Source: Dicyema japonicum
Taxonomy: Eukaryota; Animalia; Dicyemida
Direction: 5' to 3'
NCBI GenBank assembly: GCA_011109175.1
Contig: RDEW01000010.1
Span: 958,796 to 1,022,795, forward strand
Length of the DNA: 64,000 nt
The stretch's first letter is position 1. Each line of letters begins with the position of its first letter. Below are positions 25,851 through 35,839 of the stretch, one piece after another. Under the pieces are notes generated by a model. The model did no database searches. It had not been told where the DNA came from and saw only the letters and a program-made list of their open reading frames with translations. The position numbers and the translations under genes are program-made.

Positions 25851-26223
25851 TTTAGAAGAAATTACTTTGTTGCTATTTTTATAATTTTAGGAATTCATTA
25901 GAAGTCAACTTAGAAGTGCGAATTCTTTAGTTATTTCAATTTCTCATTAACAAATAATTAATTATTATTAATTGCAATGACCGCGAACCAGAAAAGTTAG
26001 CTAATTTGAGTTTCCACTTTTGCCATGCATCTCTGGATTTGCGTTGTAAGTAGTTTCCATCCTCCCCTTTTTCTCGCAACCGCTTTCAGATCATCCAGAT
26101 TCTCTCCTGTTTTCAGTTTTCTTCCTATGCAAGTGATATCTTTTTCAAGCGTCGACGACAACGTTGTTCTTTGTCGACCTCGATACGTTGTTTTGTCTAA
26201 TAAAGGAAATTATGATTCAATGG

Positions 26224-26915
26224 ACGAATGAATAACTCACTCAAAGAGAAATGGAGTCACACAAAGAAACTTGGCTTCCTATTAGGAGATAGTGAAGATA
26301 TCATACGGAGAAAAACCATGGCAAACGCGGCATTACACATGCTGAAAACCTATGGTTAAACGGAGAGGGAACAACATAAAACAAAAGATAATGTTATACA
26401 ACACTTTTATCAATCCAATCCTCCTATACAACTCTGGGACCTGGGCCACCTCAAAAGAAGATTTAAAGAGGCTAGACTTGTTTCACAGGAATCATCTAAA
26501 AAACATTACTGGAATGTCCTGGCCATCCAAAATTTCGCGGAAAGGACTGTACAATAAGTGTGACTGTACACCATTAAGTCACGAGATCATTAGCTCTTGT
26601 TGGAGACTTTTTGGACGAGTCCTGAAATTTGACCCGATATCCACCCCTCCCCGAATATCGCAATGGAAGATTATTACTCTTCCTCCAATGTAAAGCGATA
26701 TAGTGGAAGACCGAGAACAACCCTACCGGTCGTTTTACAAAACGATTTGAAAGCCGTGAAGAAAACATTGGTATCTGGTGACGATCTGGACTCACTGAGG
26801 GGTCTAGCTAAAAACAGAAGTGCTTGGAGCAAGCTAACTAATTCTCTTATATTTTTTGCTGCACATGCGGGGCTATAAATATTATGGCTCTCGTAAAAGT
26901 GCTAATAATAATAAT
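26224..26915 (+). mobile_element. 5'-truncated RTE-like LINE inserted antisense into an older RTE 3' end (about 25955-27060, -)
   Basis: KKLGFLLGD, LYNTFINPILLYNSGTW, FHRNHL..WP, WRLFGRVL, GRPRTT; (TAA)n tail about 26903-26915; degenerate TSD ATGATTCAATGG/ATGATTCCACGG; the flanks rejoin into ..YRGRQRTTL.. Confidence 0.8.
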
Positions 26916-27898
26916 GATTCCACGGCTGATTGGCCGGTGCCATTTCCAAAGCTCTTGTGATATATCAAAGAGCTGCCATTTTGCCGAAGTAACTTTATTC
27001 CCAATCTATGTTGTTTGAGTAATTAAGTAGAGCTCGTCGTTAGTCATCCGTTTTGGTCAGAAATAATTTTCATAATTTTTTTTGACCGCATTCTCAATCA
27101 ATTGATATTAATTTAATCTTATTAATTTAACTTACATATATTTTACTGATCACGAGGTCAACCAAATGTTATTAAATCTTAATTTATTTTATTATCCCCC
27201 TATACACTAAGAAGGAAGTTAAAAGTGAAAAACTAGTTAAGTGTATCCAGCTTCCAATGCTACGGAAACAGAGTCCATTCGGTACCAGTATAAAAGATAA
27301 AAGACCTCCATTAGTTGCAGTTGTGGAAAACTTTCCCATGGAGTGGGGGAGAGCAAATGAATTTTTTAGTGTCAGTCTGGTACTGGGCGCCATTCTATTA
27401 AAATCGGAAAGAGAAGGAACAGACAAAACAAATAAAAACTTCTTTTATTTGTTAAAAAAATTACATTTAATAATTAATTTTTGTATTTTTCTAAAAATAA
27501 ATTGCAATTTTTTGATATTTTTATTTTTCGGTTGTCCAACAAGTGCCTCTCTGTGTCTCAAGGAAACTCACTTTTGTCTATGTGGGTGGATGTGAAGAAG
27601 GCGAGAAATTCGCCTCATTTACCACTTGAGAAATTCGGCCGTGGACTGTGTGGAGTAGTCCTACTAAGTGAGCGTATCCTTATACGAATGCATGACACCC
27701 TAAAGCTGGGTCATGTGTGTCTACCAGTAAACGCTATAATAAATACAACTCCTACCTAAAAGATTTTTCAGGTATAACTGGTTATATAAAATTTTTGGAT
27801 AACCGAAAAATTAAAAAATTAAGTTTAATTGTTAAATCTTTTTCTATTAAAAATGTTAATATTGTATTAGATAATTTAAAAATAAAATTAATTTTATA

Positions 27899-27906
27899 GC
27901 GCCAAA
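27899..27906 (-). promoter_or_regulatory. Canonical E2F-binding site TTTGGCGC 13 bp upstream of the Greatwall ATG
   Basis: GCGCCAAA sits at the edge of an almost pure A/T tract (27800-27897); matches TTTSSCGC. Confidence 0.45.
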
Positions 27907-27919
27907 AATATTTTGTTCG

Positions 27920-29196
27920 ATGTCGCAGGTAAAATTTAATTATATTCTAGCCAAAAGTGGAAGACTTCGAAAAACTAAGGTTAATAAAAAAGGGGGCGTT
28001 TGGTTCTGTCTATCTCTTCGAACGAAAGAACCGTTCCAACAGACTCTTCGCAATGAAAGTTATCGACAAACAATTTATGCGAAACAAAAACATGTATGGC
28101 CAAATCACATGCGAACGGAATGCACTTGCCATCAGTAAATGTACTTCTGTAGTCTTTCTCTACTACTCCCTACACGATGACAGCAACGTCTTCCTGGTAT
28201 AATTCTCAGTTTAGTTTTGATTATGGAATATCTCCTTGATGGGACCTTCGTTCACTTCTTGAGAGGTGTGTTGTGTTTGACCAGCAAATGACTGTCATTT
28301 ATATTGCAGAGATCATTCTTGGCTTAGAATACCTCCACCTCCACGGAATCATCCACAGGTTCTTACTTTGTCTCAATAGTAGGGATCTGAAGCCAGACAA
28401 TATTCTGATCGCTTCCAACGGTCACCTAAAACTTACGGATTTTTGACTCTCAAAAGTTCAGCTTGGAAGAGGGGAGATTATTAGTCTAATTATTAGAAAT
28501 CTTAGAGTCTGACCTCTTTCTGACACCAACTACTGGAAGTGAAGATCGCAGAGGGATCATCGAACGCACTCCCGGTCAAATAATCTCCCTCACTTCTAGT
28601 TTAGAGCCGGTATTCGTTGATTCTAGCTAGAAGACTGTAATCGGGAGAAATGAAACCCGCCATCCTGCAATTGCCAGTTCCCCATTCTCCAAGAAATGTT
28701 CGATTATCGTTGAGTCGCCACCCCCGACTACTTGGCACTAGAATTGCTGACGATTGGAAGTCATGGTTCTGGAAATTGAAGTATAGTAGGACCTGAAGTG
28801 GATTGGTGGTCGCTTGGTGTTTGTACGTTCGAGTTTCTGACCGGGACTTTCCTTTCGGTGGGAATTCTGTTTCCAGTGTGTTTCAGCAGGTGCTTAAGAA
28901 CGGTTGTGAAAGGTCCTAATTTGGCAGAAAGGATTGGGATCGAGGAAGGACTGATTTCTGTTGTAGCTGGGGACTTTATAGACAGGCTGCTATGCTATAA
29001 TGTTGAGGAGAGAGAACGAAATGGTTTGAGTAGTAATTAGTGTAATATAGATCTGAGAAAACATGCATTTTTGGAGGGAATAGAATGGGATAGTGTTGAT
29101 AGTATGACTCCCCCGTATATTCCTAGAGAGGATGGGATTGTTTCCCGTGACTGTTTTGTAAGGGTACCCCCTTTGCTTGGGTATTTTAAGAAATGA
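27920..29196 (+). pseudogene. MASTL: Greatwall/MASTL Ser/Thr kinase with 8 ultra-short introns and a greatly shortened middle insert; disabled in this sequence
   Basis: [90 protein letters not shown]; introns 27929-27950 (22), 28197-28219 (23, acceptor TG), 28359-28382 (24), 28472-28496 (25, donor GG), 28610-28630 (21), 28766-28789 (24), 28903-28927 (25), ending 29050 (21 or 27); TGA in DFG at 28444; frameshifts about 28241, 28715 and 28848. Confidence 0.9.
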
Positions 29197-29334
29197 TTTT
29201 TTTATTTTGAGTAATTTTTATTTTATTTTTGTCATATTTGGCGGTCTTTTGGAAAGTGATGTAGGGTAATCGTCTCAATGTGTTAGTTTCGTTATTGCTT
29301 AGTTTATGTTGTTAAAATAGTTTTTTATGAAAAG

Positions 29335-29630
29335 CAAAACTATGGTAAAATGTTAAACAGCGATTACTTAAAGGGACATAGTTAAGTTGTAAGGTTGATC
29401 CATTTGCATCTTTGTATGGAGTATGTAGTTCGCAAATCATATTCATTGCAATTCATAATATCTACCCAAAACTTTGAATCTTAACAAAGTCATATCAATA
29501 AGCCAGATATTAGAGTATACAACTGGTTGAAGAATTGGATTACTTTAATTGAAGTTGGAACAACCTCTCAAGATCCCATCAGGCAAGTTGAGAAGAATAG
29601 GGTTCACAAATACTTGCCCCTTGAAGGAGA
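29335..29630 (+). mobile_element. R4-clade-like RLE retrotransposon fragment
   Basis: KMLNSDYLKGH..VVRLIHLHLC and NKPDIRVYN..ITLIEVGTTSQD..QVEKNRVHKY (PD..E/D..K endonuclease). Confidence 0.7.
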
Positions 29631-29664
29631 ACTCTCGATTTTATTTATTAATGCCTAATTGGGA

Positions 29665-30290
29665 TTTTATTATTATCATTAACCCAAGAACACCATAGTT
29701 AATTTAATTACTAAATTAATTAAGTGATCTCGAAGGCCTCAATCAGAATTCTCATTTTCTTTTCGTGCGTCTTCTGGGATTCAACACAACTTCTCTGTGG
29801 GCGGGGTGATGTATACCCTTCTCACAAAACACGTCGTGGCTGTGTATTGTTGAGAGTTGCACTGCTTACACAGAGTTGCAAATCCCATTCCATTTTGTAG
29901 GATAAGGTCTTCAAGTGATGAGTGGATTAGTTTTTCTAGTTTCTCTAAATTACTAATAGTAGTGGATGTCAAGGCTGAATGTCGCTGATTTTTTGTTTGT
30001 TCGTCCAGGACAGATTGATTCCCCATGACGCACAGACATAGCTGACAGATGACTCAATGAATTGTTTGTACAATAATTTCATTGCTGGAAAAGGGGTCTT
30101 AATGCCGCCAAAAATAGTTTTGATTATTCCTAGCTTTTTTGAGCAGCTTCCAGAGATGCCGTCGATATGAGATGAAAAAAACATATGTGTGTGTCGAAGG
30201 TGATCTCCAAGATTTTCAGTTTTTTCGTGAAAGGTATTTTTGTCTGGTTGATAAATATATCCACTGTTGAGATCTTGACTTTGTAATAGC
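29665..30290 (-). mobile_element. Ingi/I-group-like LINE 3' end
   Basis: KKLGIIK..LYKQFIESSVSYVCASW; CKQC..H..C knuckle; ORF ends EIT*; tail GGGTTAATGATAATAATA. Confidence 0.7.
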
Positions 30291-31654
30291 ACTGTCAGTG
30301 ATCTGCAACTGTTTAAATATTCAAAAAAATTAATAACTTGAAAATGTGTAAAATCTAAAATTTTAAATCAATAAATTACTCGAAATATTTAGCGAACCAT
30401 AACTATCAATTAAACTATCGATTCTAGTCGATCTATGGGAGCGACGGGAATTTGCTACGTCTTACTAATAGTCGCTGGTACTAAATTGTGCAGAGAGAAT
30501 ATGTGCCGTGAAGGAACTATCACAACACAAGTAAACCTAGAGTGGGATTGGTCACAAGATTTAAATTAAAGAGAACATGGAGCTTGAGGTACTCATCCTC
30601 ACATAACAAACGTGAGATGTTGATGATTCATATATTGTTCTCAATATATTTTCAAACCAAAAACCTTAGAAATTTATTCTGAGATGTCAGAAAATCAAAC
30701 AAATAAGAAAACTAAATTGGACATCTTGCATTAAATGATCTTGATGTCTCTATTGTTTGGTAGGCTAAACGAAAGCGTGAGAATAGTCTGTTCATTAGAG
30801 TGTCATCTGTAACTACTATTTGATAAATTTAGTGTTTTTGTCTTATACAGCCATTGGAGATCGAGTCCGTTTCCTATCACTGTGAGAGTTAGCACTGCGA
30901 TGATTATGTCGACGGCGACCATTTGATTATTATTTAATGAAAATTTATTATATCCGGATTTTCGAGCTGATTTTCATAACACTCCAAAGGGGGAATAGTT
31001 ATGGTTGCGGTATTCTAACATTCCGAGGTAACAATTGAATGTAGTTTCTTTTAAGGGGGATCTGCCTCATTCAACTATTTAATGAAGTAAATGGAAGCTA
31101 ATGGTTTTTTTTTATTTTTTTGTATTAGATGACTTCTTTTTCAAATAAGACACATACACCACACTTACGTCATATTGATGACAAGTGAGTCCTTACGTCC
31201 TATTGATTACACAAACTAAACGTTTCATAGGAACTCGTCAATAACTTATTTCAATCTGACATTACCGAAACACCATGGCATTATTTGTTGAGTATGCTTC
31301 TACCACATAGAGATTAGCGTTGTGAAGACATTATGTTTGCTTTTCCCTTCTGTCACACTGTATGAAGTTTTTGTGAAGTGATCCTCAACTATAACTCGGA
31401 TACAGAGAAATCTTAATTGTAGAATGGGCTCGATTCATTATGCAGAAAACAACTTCAATTCTGTTAGGACTAAAGTGTACAAAATACTGTCAATTAAGAC
31501 GCTTCTTTGAAAATGTTAAACGTCTAATAAGAATGTGGGAGAGGTATGACATCATGCTACTTTGATCAGATCAATTACCAATCGAAGGCTAACATCAATT
31601 CTAAAATTGTTCGAATAATTTCGTTGTACTTGAGTCAACGTCAATTTTTTTTGA

Positions 31655-33670
31655 TTTATTATTATTAAGGCACTTTCACGAAAGCATAATGTTTATAGCC
31701 CTGCATGTGCAACACTCAAAGAAACAATATTTATAGTTAATCTCTTCCATCTTCCTCTGTCGAATGCTAGTGATCTCAATTCGTGCAGGTCGTCCCGTCT
31801 TTAGATTTTTTCTCACACGATTTAGATTTTCGTTTAGGCAGTCGGAAGTGTCGATCTAGGTCGTCCGCGGAAGGGTTTGTCGCAACTGTCAAAGTAATCT
31901 TCCATCGCTTTGTTAGCAAGTGCGTCCGGGTTCATTCATAGTAAATGCCAAAATAGCCTCCATCGGGCATCTATCACATCCTTGCTGATGTAAGAACACA
32001 TACACTTGTTGTAGATACCAGTGGTTGATATTCTACGTGGCCACTCTATTCCGAGTAAGCTTCTTAGTTGCCTTCTGTGGAAATAATCCAGTTTCGATAG
32101 TTCGTTGAAGGAACTCCACCAGGTCCTAGCGTTATACAGTAGGATTGGTTTCACAAGGCCATTGTAGAGCCTGCATCTGATGTCAATTTTAAGACCTTTG
32201 TCTCTTAACCATCCTTTCTTCAGTTTAGCCATTACCGCATTTGCCAGTGTTTTCCTCCTTAGTACATCTTCAGCGTCTCCTAGTAGAGAGCCGAGCTTAT
32301 TAGTACATCTCCATCTTTCATGAGTAATATCGTCTTCTCTTTTGATTTCCGTAATTTCAGTTTTGGTTACATTTACGCTGAGAAACTATTTCTCAAGCTC
32401 CGCAGGTGCATTTTCTAGTAGGTGTTGGAGTGATGTCACGTCCCGTGATACAAAATCCACATCATCCGCATAAGATGTCTCTTCTATGTCTCCTATATAG
32501 CATTTACGAAAATCGGAGAGTGCAGATTCAAGGAATATGGTGAATAGTAAAGGGGAGAGGGAATCACCCTGGGGTGTCCCAATCGTTGTTTTGAAACTGC
32601 GGGAAGTTGCTCCTTCAGTCCTCACAAATAGTCTTGTGTTCGCAAGTAGTAGTCTGATTTTCCTAACCGACGATTCATCCAATATTTGCTCAAGCACATT
32701 CATCAGTTTCTGTCTGTTTATTCAAAAGCTCTGGAGAGATCTATTCCCAACACGGTTGCGCTCTTGAATCTTTGGTGCGTTGAGCAGCGCCATCTATGGC
32801 TCCATACAATGTCCGCCGTAGACCTCCCTTCTCGGAACCCACTTTGACTTGCTGGTAGGTATAGATCCGCCACACCCTTTATCCGGCTCAGTGCAATGTT
32901 TGCCAGCACCTTGCGCATCGAGATCAGAAGTTTTTCTACAGGTCCTTTTGCTATGTTAGGATTTTGTATGGGTATTAATAATCCATTTCCAAGTTCTAGA
33001 TCGGTATTAGTTTCAAAGATGTCATTTAAGGTTTTTGCAATTGTTTTGCTATGTTTTTTGGCCCATACCTTAAAAGCTCAGGGCTAATGTTGTCTGGCCC
33101 TACACTCTTGTTGTTCTTCAATTTAATTAGAGCTGATTCCACTTCTTCCACTGTGATTGAATTCTTTAGTGTCCTCGGTTCTCCCTGGAAAGGGAGAGTC
33201 CTCATTTTCTGCATTCAACAATATTTCAAAGTGTCGTGCAATCAATTCGGCTTTTCTTGGAGATTACCTGCTTTGTTTGATGCCACAGAGTTTGTACTGA
33301 TGATTCCGATGCGGTTTTCTCCATGTGAGTCTCGATTTGTTCGTGATATTTAGCCCTACAGATGGGCTCTAACCACAATTTTTCTGTCTAAAAGTATATT
33401 TTGGGGCTTTGTCTCGCCTTCTTCGCGTTTTCAATATATATTTTCACCAGTAAAGTGCTTTTTTACAGACAGTTCTCCAATAACGATCCTATGGTCGCTG
33501 TCAGTTATTGTCCCCTGGTGCATCATTTAGCAGGTGTTTATCAGACTTTCGGCAGATAATGCGGTCGATTTGATTGTATATATTCACAGTCTCCCCGGCA
33601 GAGTTTTTTTTGTCCGTGCCATGTCGTCTTGTGGCGAGCTGAATGCGTGAAAACCGTGTTGCACATCTCG
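31655..33670 (-). mobile_element. RTE-like LINE (APE end, RT, 3' UTR), internally deleted
   Basis: KNNKSVGPDNISPEL, QSGFREGRST, GIDLSRAF, GTPQGDSLSPLLF, YADDVDF, FHRRQLR, RWRLF; (TAA)n tail about 31657-31667. Confidence 0.9.
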
Positions 33671-34450
33671 ATTGTATAATGAGTGTTTTTTAGACATTTT
33701 TTCTCAACTGTTGTCCAATTAAGAAGCGAGGCACGACACCACGTTAGCTAGTTAGTTACTTAAGTAACCCCAGATTTTCAATGTGGTTCACCTTCACGTG
33801 GAAAAAATTGGATAGCAGCATCAATCTGGCAACTAAAAGAACCACAATTATTCCCCTGTTAATTTTTTCAACGACCTCTGGTAAGTCGGACTAGATGATG
33901 GCGGCTATTGAGCGGGCGCGTAGCTTTCGCTCCCAAAGATCGACACGTCGCCACTTCACAAAAAGATTTAATAATTTAAATATTTACAAGAAAATTTAAT
34001 AAAAATAAATTTAATTTTTAAAATTTTAATTTTAACGACAGAGAATAACATAAATAAAATAATATTAGCCATAAATGAGTTCTCTATTGTTGTTCCCCAC
34101 CCAAGTAAATAGCTTTCAGTTTTCTACCCATTTTGATTTCTCAGGAAAAGTTTCACAGTTTTTACTACTTATCCTTCACTTTTAAGAAAGCTACGCCTGT
34201 TTGGTGACACAAGGGCTGAATTTTAGACGGGATCATGCAGTCACTGTCCTTTGTGGACTTTACTTCGGCCATCAACGAAATCGACTCAATCCGACCTCAT
34301 CCTCAAAAGACCTCATTATTGATAACTTATGTGCTTATTATGGAAAATTAAAAAAATACCACCCGAGAAAGTCTCAAAAAGTCAAACTTATATGATCATT
34401 AAACAAGGAGGTCAGATCATGGAATTGAAGAACGAAATCAATAATTCGAC

Positions 34451-34575
34451 CAACTGAACCAGAAAACACCGTCACTGCGAGAATGAAAAAATCAGGTGAT
34501 CCCGGTCTTTCACACCGCCCTTCGCATGCTAGAACTTGAAGAAAGTACCATTCGCGGAAAACTCCTCCGGATTGA
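34451..34575. repeat. Dispersed unclassified repeat (copies at 47778-48050, 49291-49332 and inverted at 61160-61425)
   Basis: Shared TGAACCA.AAAACACCGTCA..GC.AGAATGAAAAA.TCAGGTGAT ... GAACTTGAA.GAAA. Confidence 0.75.
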
Positions 34576-35099
34576 TTATTTTTTTATTATAGTAAAAGTA
34601 TATATTTATTCTTATGTCATGACATTTGATTTATTTTTAATTTATAAGCAATAAAGTCACGACGCACGTAAGACCCAGTGGCTTCTCCAGTTGATCTATG
34701 TGGCAATTGTGCGAAGCAACATCGTTTGTGATACTTGTCCCGTCAAAGAGAAAATGCATTTTAATGGTATGGATCACTTAATTAGACGATAAATTTTATT
34801 CTCTTTCTGGTGATTTCTGGGTTAATAAATTAAATTTTTAATCAAGCAATTAAAAATTAAAATTCAATTTATAAAAATTGACTCATCTCCTTTCGACCAA
34901 CCCTTTGTCAATAATAATGTTATTTTATAATTGTTAGCTGTAAATTTTGTCATCTTTTTCATGTGAATTATGCATCCATTTATCTCAAAATCTATTTTTA
35001 CACTTTTTAAAATTTTCTCCAAATTGGAGTCAGTCATTTCTTTTCTAACGTCCACATTGACACATGTCACCTCAACTCAACAAGTTGGTTCAATACAGA

Positions 35100-35745
35100 T
35101 ATAAAATCTTTATTGAAACCTTAACCCCGAGCTTGTGCTCAACCACAATACTGTATAAGTTTTTTTAAGATGTAAGTTCTCGTAGTTTCTTGGATGGATA
35201 GCCTACCTCGGACCTATTACATGTATCTAAGCACGCGAGGTTCGGAAGAGAAGAAAGTAACAAAGCATTTCGAAAGGTCACTTGCTTGTACATTTACTAT
35301 TGTTACGTCAGAACTACCTGGTCCACATGCTGAAAACGGATAGCTTCGAGCTATCTTCAGATGCAATCCAACTCGCTAGATTAAGTACTGTTTAATTTTC
35401 ACTAATAAAATAAAAATATTTCTTCAAAAAATTGAAAAGGTTAGATTTGTTTTTAAGAGTGCTAATTTGTCCACGTGATGCCAAGTGACTAATTAATTGA
35501 CGATTTGTATTCCTTTTTTCTAGTGAGATCTTCGAGTCCCCTAATTCAGAAAATTGTACTATAATTGACGGAAAGGTTTATCTCAAAGTTGCTGACAGAC
35601 TCAACAAGCTAGCATAAGCACAGAAGAAATGCGTTTTTTCCTTGGATTTATGTAGAACAAGGGAAAATATCCGGAATGTGATAAATAGAGCAAGTATTTA
35701 GAGATTGAAAAATTAAAAAATTAGAAAATAGAAGAAAGTCTATAA
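35100..35745 (+). pseudogene. One or two small unidentified gene fragments with candidate tiny introns
   Basis: GTAAGT..GATAG (about 35172-35201) and GTTTAT..GACAG (about 35576-35598) separate short open frames (LPRTYYMYLSTRGSEEKK..). Confidence 0.3.
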
Positions 35746-35839
35746 TATTTGTGAGGAAATTGAGGAATAAAAGAATCTGCTTATTTAAACACTCTTCTTA
35801 CAAAGCAATAATAAAATATTTATTTCAAATCTCCTAAGT

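Noticed and set aside
9757-28446. Stop-codon reassignment or RNA editing to explain in-frame TAA/TGA in E2F and MASTL
   Set aside because: TGA falls at a Gly (DFG) in one gene and at a frameshifted Trp in the other, TGG is used normally (DWW), and frameshifts and dead splice sites co-occur; no single recoding rule fits
31230-31640. Tc1/IS630 transposase fragment
   Set aside because: Only vague motif echoes; not supportable by eye
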